From a virus (lineage: Duplodnaviria > Caudoviricetes), in the IMG/VR virus record IMGVR_UViG_3300012973_001074, positions 51,532 to 115,531 of that record: DNA of 64,000 nucleotides; one strand, 5' to 3'. Of the stretch, positions 18,370-27,803 are shown piece after piece. Within the stretch, counting starts at the first letter, position 1. Each line of letters starts with the position of its first letter. Made by a program: the position numbers and the translations under genes. The notes beneath the pieces are model-generated. The model did no database searches, was not told the origin of the DNA, and was given only the letters and a program-made list of their open reading frames with translations.

Positions 18370-19637
18370 TCTCCCGACTTCGGCGTGCGCGGCGTGTTCG
18401 GATTGTCGTCGACGTCAGGGGCAGGCCCGATGATGACTTCACCGTCTCGCCCTTGGGGGCGCGGTACCTGGTCGCGTCGCTTCTTCCCAGCCTTCGTGCG
18501 CGATTGCTCAGAGCGGAACGGGATATCACGCGCGACACTTGCGTCGCGCGGGACGTCACGTGTGGAGGGGGCGGCGTTTGGTACCTCCTTCACGACCGGG
18601 CGATCGTCCGAGGCCACACGGTACGCAGGCGGCCTGTTGGCGCGCGTCTGGACGACGATGGCCGACTCGCGAGCGACGAGACTCGCTCCACCATGCATGA
18701 ATACGTTGCGTACTGCTCGCGCTGCGTGGACGTCGATGAACATGTGCATCGAGCTGTTCGCCACACCCCATAGAACAAGCGTTTGCGCCGCGAGGTTGTT
18801 GTGCGGTGTGCTTTCGAGGAACTGACTGGCGAACGTGGCGGCGGTCGCGTCGTCGCCCACTCCGAACCACTCGGCACATTCCAGCAAACGCTCTACAAGC
18901 TGTCGCGCGGTGGTCGCGTTCCGCGCAACGAGGGCGGCTACCCCGGATGGAAGCCGGTACGCTCCGTCGGTGCAGACGAGGAAGAAGCGCGCCTCAAAAG
19001 CGTCACCGAAGGAGGCGAGATGGGGTTCGACGTCCGGCCCCATGCCGATGAACTGCAGGAGTTTGTGATGTTCCGGACTGGGCTCGGTGCCTTTCTGCCC
19101 GAGTGCGTCGAGTGCGCCTTGCAGCGTGTCGTCCGGAGTCAGCTGCTCAAGGTCAGCTCCGGTGGCGGGCGGGGACGCGTCGCGCACGGCGAAGACACGC
19201 GTATCGCCGACGGAACAGATGAAGGCGTCGTGAGCGTGTACGACGACAGCGGCAAGAGTCGTTCCGCCGTGCCCCCCGAACAGTTCGTAGACTCGTTGAT
19301 TCGCGTACTCCGCAGCCGCGCGCAGCGAGACCCTTAGCGGGACGCCGGACGACGTCATGGCTGCGAGCACCAGCACGAAGGCCGCGATGGCAGTTTCGGC
19401 GCAGTCCGCGCCATGCTCCAAGCCTCCGATCCCGTCGCAGACGACAAACGCGTCGGCTGCGCCTCCGTTGCCATCAGAGAAGCGTGCGCAGAGCACTCGA
19501 TCTTGGTTGTGCTTCCGGAGCGTTCCTACGCGCGTGCCGATGCAGGTGAGCTCGGTCAGCGGGCTTGCGATCCCTCGCGCTTGGGGTCGGAGCCACGACG
19601 CGATTGCCAGCTCGCGCTGTTGCAGCTCCCCGATCAT
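18366..19637 (-). CDS. PP2C-family Ser/Thr phosphatase (PfpC-like, KKP module)
   Basis: HNQDR, VCDGIGG, GGTTL, VGDTR, CTDG, GDDAT. Start at 19637 preferred (alternative 19739). Confidence 0.88.
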   Translation of the reverse strand: MIGELQQRELAIASWLRPQARGIASPLTELTCIGTRVGTLRKHNQDRVLCARFSDGNGGAADAFVVCDGIGGLEHGADCAETAIAAFVLVLAAMTSSGVPLRVSLRAAAEYANQRVYELFGGHGGTTLAAVVVHAHDAFICSVGDTRVFAVRDASPPATGADLEQLTPDDTLQGALDALGQKGTEPSPEHHKLLQFIGMGPDVEPHLASFGDAFEARFFLVCTDGAYRLPSGVAALVARNATTARQLVERLLECAEWFGVGDDATAATFASQFLESTPHNNLAAQTLVLWGVANSSMHMFIDVHAARAVRNVFMHGGASLVARESAIVVQTRANRPPAYRVASDDRPVVKEVPNAAPSTRDVPRDASVARDIPFRSEQSRTKAGKKRRDQVPRPQGRDGEVIIGPAPDVDDNPNTPRTPKSGE

Positions 19638-19842
19638 TGCCGTTCTTTCGCACCCGCGGTTCGTCGCGCCCGTCTCACGGGCCAATCTTAGCGCCGACAG
19701 TAAATAACGTAAGGCCACTTTCGTCAACGAAGTCTCCATCTTGACGCGCGCCCTGGCGCTTCGGCGACGACCACGCGCCGTGGACGTGGCGTCACTCCGT
19801 AGGTCGCGACGCCATAGCGTCGCCAACAGACAGAGGACCACG

Positions 19843-20050
19843 ATGACCAGGAAGCCGAGGAAGCGGACGGGACAGAAGCCAACCGAACCCTCCGCCGCTG
19901 CCGCGCGATCAATCTGAACGTCCGGGTGACGCCCGAGGAGCTCGCGAAGCGCCACGCCCTCGCTGCCGATCGCGACCTCACGGCGCGCACGTTCGTCCGG
20001 CACGTCGTGCGCGACGCGTATGCAGCTCGCTTCGGCAACGCGCCGCCGCC
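19843..20050 (+). pseudogene. Frameshifted ribbon-helix-helix regulator remnant
   Basis: ATG 19843 with GAGG RBS stops after 24 codons. Another frame reads INLNVRVTPEELAK..LAADRDLT..FVRHVV. Confidence 0.35.
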
Positions 20051-20296
20051 GGCGTCGAGGGACGTAGCCAGGCTGCCGCCGGGGCGGGCGAGCTGCGGAA
20101 GCTCGAGACGGGATGGGAGGCGCGCCGTGCGGATCGACGGGAGCCGAAAGGGCTTCTTCCTCTCGACGATCGCGCCGAACGATGAGCCAGTGGCGCGCGA
20201 GCCGCTTGTCTCTCTCGGTCAGGTCCGGAGGAGAGCATCGCAAGACACACGGACGTCATCACGCAGCCTTCCCAGTCTCGATCTGCCTCCGAAGCT

Positions 20297-20322
20297 GCGA
20301 GTCTCGGGCTCCGCGTCCACCG
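20297..20322 (+). repeat. 26-bp direct repeat, right copy
   Basis: Identical to 15926-15951. Confidence 0.85.
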
Positions 20323-20333
20323 AACGCCCGGGC

Positions 20334-20552
20334 TCAGTCCGTCATGCGGTAGAGGACGTCGGGTCGCTCGAACGCCCCATGGGCCACCCCGTCGAGCTTC
20401 TCCCACGACGCATTCGGCATTGCGCGCTCGAGCCGCCCCACAATGTCTATGGTCCACTTCCACCGATCTGGAGCTCTGTGTCTGGCCGCCCAGTAGTAGG
20501 CCTTCTGCACGAGCCTCGCGCGTATCGCGGGATTGCCCACTCGCTCGCTCAC
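20334..20552 (-). CDS. Small hypothetical protein
   Basis: GTGA overlap with the upstream ORF; protein-like composition. Confidence 0.45.
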   Translation of the reverse strand: MSERVGNPAIRARLVQKAYYWAARHRAPDRWKWTIDIVGRLERAMPNASWEKLDGVAHGAFERPDVLYRMTD

Positions 20553-20904
20553 TTGCAGCCTGCCTTGGCCCTGCAGGCGTTGAACTGGTCGCGGCAGTCG
20601 CGCTCGATCTCGCGGATGATCTCGTCGTCGCCCGGCTCGGGAATGATTCGAAGCGGTCGCCGACGGTCGGAGGCCTTACAGACCTCGAACCCGTGCGCGC
20701 AGGTTGCGCACGGCGAGGGCCCCTTGCTCCTCCGTGCGTGCTCGCGCGTTCGTGTACTTTCACGCACGACTCGTAGTCCTTCGAATACGGGCAGTGCTGC
20801 GCGAGGTACGCCTCGCGTGCGAGCTGCTCCTTCGACTTCGACTTGCATCCGATCGCCGCAAGCGCGCCGAGCACGACGAGCGCCGCCAGGTAGCCCTTGC
20901 CCAT
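20549..20904 (-). pseudogene. Cys-rich lipoprotein, apparently frameshifted near 20730
   Basis: Lipobox LAAIGC in one frame; the Cys-rich C-terminus (CATC..C..C..C..CK) is in another. Confidence 0.45.
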
Positions 20905-21142
20905 GTTCGCAGTATGCGGGCTTCGGTTGTCGGAGCGCAATCCGTTCCGCCGCCCGTCAAGCTCTCCGCGCGCTGCCGCTTGCGGATTTGTCGGGCGGGG
21001 CGGTCGGCGCTCCTCCGGCGGACGGCCTCGGCGGTGGCCGCTCCTCCGCGTACGCGGCTCCTCCGCGCATCCGCGGAGCGAGGGCCCTACCAGCGCCTTC
21101 GGCGCGCTTCGGGCCGCCCACGAGGCGTTTACGCGGACTCAC

Positions 21143-21202
21143 GAAGATCCCGAAGAATCGCGGCGGGTGCCACTTAACTTTCGGACGCCGTGTCCGTATC
21201 TT
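21143..21202 (+). promoter_or_regulatory. Bipartite promoter module 1
   Basis: GAAGATCCCGAAG, TTAACT, 17-bp spacer carrying operator TTCGGAC-GCCGT-GTCCGTA, TATCTT. Confidence 0.8.
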
Positions 21203-21223
21203 TTTGTTGTGGGAGGCACGGCG

Positions 21224-21523
21224 ATGGCGAAGCGATTCTGGTTCAAGACCTCGGAGCTCTACATGAAGGGGCCGTTCACACTTGTGGGCGTGCTCGCCTC
21301 GTCCTGGGACGAGGCAAAGGAGGTCGCGATCCGCGAGCCGGCCTCGCGCGCGCTCCTCTGCCTCCCGTGCGGGTGGCTCCACGCCAACGTCATCGATGTC
21401 GGCGTCTTCCCCTGCTCGGAGACGGCGACGGTCGTCGTCCGTCTGCCGGAGCCGGAGACCCGAAAACCGGGGCTGAAGTGTGCTCCCAAGCGCACGCGCA
21501 CAAAGGCCCGGAAAGCGGCCTGA
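21224..21523 (+). CDS. Hypothetical phage protein
   Basis: GGGAGG RBS after promoter module. Confidence 0.6.
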   Translation: MAKRFWFKTSELYMKGPFTLVGVLASSWDEAKEVAIREPASRALLCLPCGWLHANVIDVGVFPCSETATVVVRLPEPETRKPGLKCAPKRTRTKARKAA

Positions 21524-21531
21524 GCGCTCCC

Positions 21532-21591
21532 GAAGTTCCCGAAGAATATCGGGTGTCACACTTAGGATTTCAGACACGGCGTCCGGAACAT
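21532..21591 (+). promoter_or_regulatory. Bipartite promoter module 2
   Basis: GAAGTTCCCGAAG, 24 nt, TTCAGAC-ACGGC-GTCCGGA. Confidence 0.7.
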
Positions 21592-21612
21592 ATCAACGGA
21601 AGGCGGGACGAG

Positions 21613-22038
21613 ATGATTGAGATGAAGCCGTTTGCACGACATGACTGGTACGGGTTCGCGGGCGCGGAGCGCTTCGCCGACGGCAGCGAGCCGCTGATTG
21701 GCTCGGCCACGGTGGTCTCGGAAGGGACCGAATTCGGCGCGATCGTCGTGCTCGACGCGGTGGGCCTCTTCGTGGAGGTCATCTGCGACGAGGGGAACCG
21801 GCTCGCCTACGTGGTGTTCGAGGGCTCGTACGCCGCGCGCTCTCTGGCGATGCTCGGCAAGAGGGTCGAGTGGCCGGTCCTGCGCGCCATGCCCGGTGCG
21901 GAGGTCCTCGACCACGAGGTGCCGAAAGGGCGCGAAGACGAGCTCGTGTGCGTCGAGTGCGAGCACGGCTCGCACTACGGCATGCCGGACGACGGCGTGC
22001 CCGCCTTCCCGACGGTCTCGACCCTGGCGGCGCACTAA
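21613..22038 (+). CDS. Hypothetical phage protein
   Basis: Follows promoter module; DWYGFAGAE motif. Confidence 0.65.
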   Translation: MIEMKPFARHDWYGFAGAERFADGSEPLIGSATVVSEGTEFGAIVVLDAVGLFVEVICDEGNRLAYVVFEGSYAARSLAMLGKRVEWPVLRAMPGAEVLDHEVPKGREDELVCVECEHGSHYGMPDDGVPAFPTVSTLAAH

Positions 22039-22041
22039 CGC

Positions 22042-22100
22042 GGAGTCCCCGAAGTTTCTTTCGGGGAGCCACTAGACTTTCGGACACGGCGACCGATACT
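22042..22100 (+). promoter_or_regulatory. Bipartite promoter module 3
   Basis: GGAGTCCCCGAAG, TAGACT, TTCGGAC-ACGGC-GACCGAT, GATACT. Confidence 0.78.
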
Positions 22101-22121
22101 AAAGGTGTGAGGGAGACGACA

Positions 22122-23282
22122 ATGGCAAACGTGACCAGCATCAGCAGCAAGAAGTCCACGACCAACGCGAGCGGCCTCGTCCAGCTCGTCGCCGAATTGA
22201 ACGCCGCGTTCCCGGAGCGCTCCGAGGTCGTCGCGGCCCTCGTGACGGTGGCTGTCGCCGGCGAACATGCGGTGATGCTCGGTCCGCCCGGTACCGCGAA
22301 GAGCGCGCTCGCTCGAGCCCTCTCGGCGGCCTTTCAGACAAAGAGCTACTTCGAGCTTCTGATGACGCGGTTCACGACGCCCGAGGAAGTCTTCGGGCCG
22401 GTGAAGCTCTCGGGCCTGCAGCAGGACCGCTTCTCTCGCGCGACGGCGGGCTACTTGCCGACGGCGGAGGTCGCGTTCATCGATGAGATTTTCAAGGCGA
22501 ACAGCGCCATCCTGAACGCGCTGCTCACGGGCCTGAACGAGCGCGTGTTCCACGACGACGGCAAGCCCGTCAGCATCCCGCTCGTCACGTGCATCGCGGC
22601 GAGCAACGAGCTTCCCGAGGGCCCGGAGCTGGACGCGCTCTACGACCGGTTCCTCGTTCGCGTCGTCACCGACTACATCGCGGACCGCGACACGTTCCGT
22701 GACCTCCTCGCCAACATCGCGGGCGGAAAGCACACGAAGGTCGCGGCGACGGTCGACATTCGCGCGGAACAGGCCGCGGCCAAGAAGGTCACGATCACGG
22801 ACGAGACGATCGACGCTCTCACGGGCCTCCGCGACGCGGCTCGCACCGCGGGCCTCACGGTCTCGGACCGCCGGTGGGTCCAGTGCCTCGCGCTCGTTCG
22901 CGCCGCGGCCCACGTCGACGGCCGGGCCTCGACGCTCCCGGATGACCTCGAAATTCTGGAGCACGTGCTCTGGCGCAAGCCGGACGAGCGAGTCTCGGTG
23001 GCGCGGACCATCCAGACGACGGTGAACCCGGCAGGCGCGAGGGCGGTCGAAGAGCTCGACGCCGCGCGAGAGCTTCTCGCGAAGCTCCCGGTCCACGGCT
23101 CGGTCGACCCGGGCTCTTACATGGCCGCGATCGGCAGCGCGACGAAGGACATCAGCGAGATCCTCAAGCGGGTCTCGGGCCTCCCGTCGGGCCGCAAGGT
23201 GGACGCCGCGAAAGCGGAGATCGCCAAGATCAAGCAGGACATCGGCAGGCGGGCAATGCGCGCGGCGGGCATTGAGCTGTGA
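22122..23282 (+). CDS. MoxR/RavA-like AAA+ ATPase
   Basis: LGPPGTAKS, TRFTTPEEVFGP, FIDEIFKANSAILNALL, ASNELP, ALYDRF. Confidence 0.93.
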   Translation: MANVTSISSKKSTTNASGLVQLVAELNAAFPERSEVVAALVTVAVAGEHAVMLGPPGTAKSALARALSAAFQTKSYFELLMTRFTTPEEVFGPVKLSGLQQDRFSRATAGYLPTAEVAFIDEIFKANSAILNALLTGLNERVFHDDGKPVSIPLVTCIAASNELPEGPELDALYDRFLVRVVTDYIADRDTFRDLLANIAGGKHTKVAATVDIRAEQAAAKKVTITDETIDALTGLRDAARTAGLTVSDRRWVQCLALVRAAAHVDGRASTLPDDLEILEHVLWRKPDERVSVARTIQTTVNPAGARAVEELDAARELLAKLPVHGSVDPGSYMAAIGSATKDISEILKRVSGLPSGRKVDAAKAEIAKIKQDIGRRAMRAAGIEL

Positions 23283-23414
23283 GGTCGGTCGCGGAGGCCG
23301 CCTCCGGCGCTCCTCTGGCCCTCCGGGGCCGGTTCGGGCGCCGGTGCTCCCCGGACCCTTCGGCCGGGGCTCGAGCCCTCCCGCGGGCGCTCTACGCAGC
23401 GCACGGACCGCACC

Positions 23415-23474
23415 GAAGTTCCCGAAGTTACTTTCGGTCGCGGTCGACACGTTCGGACGCGGCGTCCGTATGTT
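23415..23474 (+). promoter_or_regulatory. Bipartite promoter module 4
   Basis: GAAGTTCCCGAAG, 24 nt, TTCGGAC-GCGGC-GTCCGTA, TATGTT. Confidence 0.78.
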
Positions 23475-23504
23475 CTATGGGTGTAACGGAGCTGAACGGA
23501 GGAG

Positions 23505-24962
23505 ATGACGATGGATCGCGCGAACTGCTACGACGTCCCGAAGCACCACCGAAACCTGTGGCGCGACTACTCGACGGAGACCCGCGAGCCGGCGCGCGTC
23601 GCGGAGACCGGCGACAAGCGCGCGTCGGGCTTCGGCGAGGGCTTCATGCCGGAGCTGTTTCACCGACTGTACGCGGAGACGCCGCGCGAGGTGGCGGACG
23701 ACTCCCGGTCGACGGCGGCGGCGGTTCGGTCGAAGCTCCACGGCCTCGTGAGCGAGCTGCCGGAGTTTGAGACCCTGCGCAAGCAGACCGTGCGCGACGC
23801 AATGTGGTCCGGGATGGCGGCGACGGCGCTCGCCGACCACGTCACGCGGGTGATGCCGGACCTCTCGCCCAACACGCCGGACGCGGACCGCGCGACGGCG
23901 CTGCTCGAAGGCCTGCAGCAGCTCGCCGGCGACACGCCGGAGGCGGCGCTCGCGTTCGCCTCGCACGTTGCGAAGGCCAAGGCCGCAGCGGAAGCCGCGG
24001 ACGCGGCGGTGAGCGCGCAGGCCGCGAGCCTCGACGAAACGGCGCTCCGGCAGGCGATGCGCGCGGGCATCAAGGCCGCGGCGGACGCGATTGACGAGGC
24101 GGAGGCGGCGCTCGCGTCGCTCGGTTGGGGAACGTCGGTCTCGGGCGGCGGAGCGAACAAGGCCCCGGGCGTCGCGGTCGAGCTGGCTCGCCGGGTGCGC
24201 TCGTCGGAGACCTTGAAGCGGATCATCGAGCTTGCGGGTCGGCTCATCCTGACCGCGCGGCAGAAGCGAGCCACGCGAACCGAGTATGCCCGCAGCGAAA
24301 TCGTGGGCGTCGAGCAGACCGGGAACCTCGCGCGGATCCTCCCGAGTGAGCTCGTCTCGCTCGCCGACCCGATGATGACCGCGAGCCTCTACCGGCGAGT
24401 CCTCGAGCGCGCGGCGCTCGGGTACAAAATGGCCGGCTCGGAACGGTCGGCGAAGGGACCGATCGTCCTCCTGCTCGACCAGAGCGGCTCGATGCTCGAC
24501 GACGGAAAGGACGAATGGGCGAAGGGCGTCGCGCTTGCGCTGCTCGACGCGGCCCGCGCGGAGAAGCGAGCCTTCGGGATCATCCTCTACAACGGCGGCG
24601 TTGCTGAGGCGAAGCTCTTCCCGGTCGCCGCGGACGCCGACCCGCGCGCCATCCTCGACCTGCTCTCGCGGTCGCCGGACGGCGGAACGAACTACGCTCC
24701 CGCGATGAAGCAGGCCCTCGACTGGATCTCGACGGCCGGGACCTTCAAGCGCGCGGACGTGGTCCACATCACCGACGGCGAGGCTGACACGAAGGAGGCA
24801 GCGGCCGCTCGGACCCGCGCGAAGGACCTCGGCGTCCACATCTTCGGCATCGGAATCGCGGGCGGTGGCCGGGCTCTGGAGGCCTGGAGCGACGAGGTCC
24901 GGACCATCCGCGACGTCAAAGCGGACGCCCCGGCGGTCGACTTGATCTTCGATTCGATCTGA
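23505..24962 (+). CDS. ViaA-like vWA domain protein
   Basis: GNLARILPSEL, GPIVLLLDQSGSM (MIDAS), GGTNY, ITDGE. Confidence 0.92.
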   Translation: MTMDRANCYDVPKHHRNLWRDYSTETREPARVAETGDKRASGFGEGFMPELFHRLYAETPREVADDSRSTAAAVRSKLHGLVSELPEFETLRKQTVRDAMWSGMAATALADHVTRVMPDLSPNTPDADRATALLEGLQQLAGDTPEAALAFASHVAKAKAAAEAADAAVSAQAASLDETALRQAMRAGIKAAADAIDEAEAALASLGWGTSVSGGGANKAPGVAVELARRVRSSETLKRIIELAGRLILTARQKRATRTEYARSEIVGVEQTGNLARILPSELVSLADPMMTASLYRRVLERAALGYKMAGSERSAKGPIVLLLDQSGSMLDDGKDEWAKGVALALLDAARAEKRAFGIILYNGGVAEAKLFPVAADADPRAILDLLSRSPDGGTNYAPAMKQALDWISTAGTFKRADVVHITDGEADTKEAAAARTRAKDLGVHIFGIGIAGGGRALEAWSDEVRTIRDVKADAPAVDLIFDSI

Positions 24963-24983
24963 GTCGCTCGGGGGGAGCGACTC
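24961..24983 (+). terminator. Hairpin after the vWA gene
   Basis: GAGTCGCTC-GGGGG-GAGCGACTC; no U-tract. Confidence 0.4.
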
Positions 24984-25145
24984 GGTCGGCCGCGACCAGA
25001 ACCTACACCTCACATCGGCCGACCCTTCACCAGAAAAGAAACAGTTTGTGCTCCAAGCATCTCCTTTGCCGTTGCCCCTGCACAACTAGTTTCGCTTACC
25101 AGCAACCTGAGCACTCGCAAGACGAGCGAGAGACGCGGTAGAATC

Positions 25146-25361
25146 ATGTCGACGCGGGGCAAGTACGAAGTTCTGATCACGGTGGCCATGCGGTTCGACG
25201 ACCAAGATTCGGCCGTCGAGACCGCGGCCGCCTACGGGGTCGCGACGCGCGAGATTGCGCACGCCGACAGGATCCCCCTTGAGATGCAGTGTCAGCTTCG
25301 CGTGTGCGACGACGACGAGCCAGCGCTGACGACGGCGCCGAGCTTCAGCAAGGCGAACTGA
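25146..25361 (+). CDS. Small hypothetical protein
   Basis: ORF composition only. Confidence 0.4.
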   Translation: MSTRGKYEVLITVAMRFDDQDSAVETAAAYGVATREIAHADRIPLEMQCQLRVCDDDEPALTTAPSFSKAN

Positions 25362-25439
25362 TGATGAGCGCCGGCAGGCGCGTGAAGGCCTGCACCGGAG
25401 CGAGGCCATGGTCGAACGGCTTAGGAAAGAGGCTTCCCG

Positions 25440-25913
25440 ATGACCGACGCAGGCAAGAAGGGTCGTCGCGTGTACCGCGTCCTCTACGAGGGTGTTCACT
25501 CATCGATCGAAGTTGTCGCGGTGGAGCACGACGAGTTTGCCGGTACTGGGATGACCTTTGCCGAGGCAAAGCGCGAGCTCTGCCGGTACCTTCGGCGCTG
25601 CCGCGACGAATGGGCAGAGGCGGCTCGAGCCGCCTCGCAGCTCGAGCCGGCGCACGTGAGCAACAGTCTGCTCCGCGCGGAGTCGGTCGCGAAGCGCGTC
25701 AAGAACAGGATGGTCGGTCCGTGGGAGTACCACCGGTGTGCGGCTCACGGGGTCGGCAATCAGTTTCGGTGGACGTGGCCTGCGAACGGCACGGTCCGAG
25801 ACGCGGTCGTCGAGTACGCGCGGTCCGGATGCACCGAGTGCAAGGCGGCCTGGCAGAAGCACAGCGCCGATAGAGACGTCGCGAGAATGCTGTTGGAGCT
25901 TGGCAGCGGCTGA
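25440..25913 (+). CDS. Hypothetical protein with possible Zn site
   Basis: GAGG RBS; CxxH and CxxC. Confidence 0.5.
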   Translation: MTDAGKKGRRVYRVLYEGVHSSIEVVAVEHDEFAGTGMTFAEAKRELCRYLRRCRDEWAEAARAASQLEPAHVSNSLLRAESVAKRVKNRMVGPWEYHRCAAHGVGNQFRWTWPANGTVRDAVVEYARSGCTECKAAWQKHSADRDVARMLLELGSG

Positions 25914-26025
25914 CGTGCGCCGCGACGACTAGCGGCAAACCACCATTGCATGCCCGAGCGGCGGATCGTCTTCTGGACCGATCGCGTTGGCGTCGGCGCG
26001 CGAGAAGAGGAAGAGGAGAGAGAAC

Positions 26026-26622
26026 ATGAATCAGCAGTACCCGCAGTACCCTCAGGGCCAGTACCCTCAGGGCCAGTACCCCCAAGGCCCATACGGGCAG
26101 CCGCCAAAGCGCGGGCTCGGAACCGGGGCGACCATCGCGATCGTGCTCGCGTGCCTCTTCGGCGGCTGCATGTTCCTGGGCGGCGTCGGCAAGGCGCTCG
26201 GGCCGAAGCAGCCGACGAGCTCGACGTCGACCGCGACGCCGGCGGCGAAGGCGGCGGCCCCGTCGCTCAAGACGGACGAGGACGACGAGTCCACCTACGT
26301 GCATACGCCAGTGACCGCTGGGCAGCTCATCGCCGACTACGAAGGCAACGAGGTTCGCGGCGACAACGCGTGGAAGGGCCAGCGTGTCGCCGTCACGGGC
26401 GTCGTCCGCTCGGTTGACAAGGGACCGCTTGGAGGGCTCTACGTCGTTGTCGTGCCGGAGAACGCGTCGCCCTATCAGTTCCACTCGGTCCACGTGAATC
26501 TGAAGAAGGGCGAGGAGAGCAGCGCCGCATCGCTCAACAAGGGCGAGAAGCACACGTTCAAGGGCAAGGTACAGGGCTTCATCGTCGGCTCGGTCTCCGT
26601 CCGCGACGCCGTGATCGACTAG
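26026..26622 (+). CDS. Membrane-anchored OB-fold (tRNA_anti-like) protein
   Basis: QYPQG repeats, TM helix, VTAGQLIADYEGNEVRGD..KGQRVAVTGVV. Confidence 0.8.
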   Translation: MNQQYPQYPQGQYPQGQYPQGPYGQPPKRGLGTGATIAIVLACLFGGCMFLGGVGKALGPKQPTSSTSTATPAAKAAAPSLKTDEDDESTYVHTPVTAGQLIADYEGNEVRGDNAWKGQRVAVTGVVRSVDKGPLGGLYVVVVPENASPYQFHSVHVNLKKGEESSAASLNKGEKHTFKGKVQGFIVGSVSVRDAVID

Positions 26623-26883
26623 CGCTCTCACGCGCATCCCACCGCACGCCGATAGAGCGAGTGTCAAGCTCGCTGACCCGAGGCGTCGCTGAATTGTAGG
26701 GGGTTCCGCGCGTGAATGCGCCGCGCGGGACCTCTACTGCACCGCTGCCCCTTCCCGGGCCTTGGGAGTCCTCGGCACCCTCGCCACGGCCGGCGCGCAA
26801 CGCGCGGTCCAAAGGCCGGTTCCGGCGCTCCTCGGGCCGGTCGCGCGCGGACCGCACGAATCGCGCGCCGTCGGGCTCCGGTC

Positions 26884-26943
26884 GAAGTCCCCGAAGTTTC
26901 TTCGTGGCCAGGTCTTCACTTTCGGACTCGGTGTCCGTATGTT
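26884..26943 (+). promoter_or_regulatory. Bipartite promoter module 5
   Basis: GAAGTCCCCGAAG, TTCACT, 17-bp spacer with TTCGGAC-TCGGT-GTCCGTA, TATGTT. Confidence 0.8.
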
Positions 26944-26963
26944 CTTTGTGTCGGGAGATGGCG

Positions 26964-27317
26964 ATGAAAACGACTCACTGCGTGATCGAGGAAATCAACG
27001 GCGTGCGTACGGTCGACTCGTGGTGGTGCCACGAGCACACCGCGAAGGAGCACGCCCAGCAGGCCGCGGGCATCCGCTCGCGATTCGGCAAGCCGGACGG
27101 CCGGACCCGCCGATACCTCGTGGTCGGGGACGAGCCCGGCGTGGCGCTCGCCGATATGACCGTGCTTCACGCCTTCGATGTGAGGCCGCCGTGCACGAAG
27201 TGCGGTGCGCTCGGGCACGCTGCGCAGGACCACGCATGGGATCCGGAACTGCGCGGAGTTCCCGAAGTTTCTTCGGTTCTACGCTCGACAATCGGACATG
27301 GTGACCGTAAGTTCTGA
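26964..27317 (+). CDS. Hypothetical phage protein with CxxC-x4-H knuckle
   Basis: GGGAG RBS; CTKCGALGH. Confidence 0.55.
   Translation: MKTTHCVIEEINGVRTVDSWWCHEHTAKEHAQQAAGIRSRFGKPDGRTRRYLVVGDEPGVALADMTVLHAFDVRPPCTKCGALGHAAQDHAWDPELRGVPEVSSVLRSTIGHGDRKF
27255..27313 (+). promoter_or_regulatory. Bipartite promoter module 6
   Basis: GGAGTTCCCGAAG, TCGACA, 17-bp spacer with ATCGGAC-ATGGT-GACCGTA, TAAGTT. Confidence 0.78.
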
Positions 27318-27335
27318 CGCGAGAGGGAGATGGCG

Positions 27336-27683
27336 ATGGAGACGAAGGATGCGAGGTACGAGGTCCTGGCGGCGCGCGCGGCGGAGCTGGCGCTTCCGAG
27401 GTGCTTCGAGACGGACCTTACGATGCACGACCGCGCGTGCCTCGCGTCGAACCCGGTGGGCCGGCGCTTCCTCTGGGCCATCGGCGAGTCGGGCACGACC
27501 CTCGTGTGGCTCGACCCGGCGCGTCTCGTCACGGAGCGGCTGGACATCGCGGTCGGCAACCCGGTCAAGGCTCGGTCGCTCGTGCGGACGCTCGCCGAGT
27601 TTCGGCCCGAGCTGCACTACTGGGACGGCGAGAAGCTCGAGCCCATCACCGCGGAGCGCGCTGTCGCGCTGCTCGCGGCCTGA
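27336..27683 (+). CDS. Hypothetical phage protein
   Basis: GGGAG RBS; DLTMHDR..FLWAIGESGT. Confidence 0.65.
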   Translation: METKDARYEVLAARAAELALPRCFETDLTMHDRACLASNPVGRRFLWAIGESGTTLVWLDPARLVTERLDIAVGNPVKARSLVRTLAEFRPELHYWDGEKLEPITAERAVALLAA

Positions 27684-27803
27684 GGAGGACGACATGAAGA
27701 CGACGAAGGCATCGCGCGCGAGCAAGGTGCCGCGCGCTACGCGCAAGGGGCTCGCAGCGCACGACAAGCTCATCGCTCGCGTGCGCCGCATCGGGAGGAC
27801 GTC

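Noticed and set aside
19638-20243. Extension of PP2C to 625 aa, and the 446-aa ORF at 19926
   Set aside because: Arg/Pro-rich non-protein-like sequence; a TTGACG-type promoter lies near 19700-19730.
21143-27313. Repeated motif considered as a CRISPR array or integron attC sites
   Set aside because: Irregular gene-sized spacing, no cas or intI, and the geometry fits promoters.
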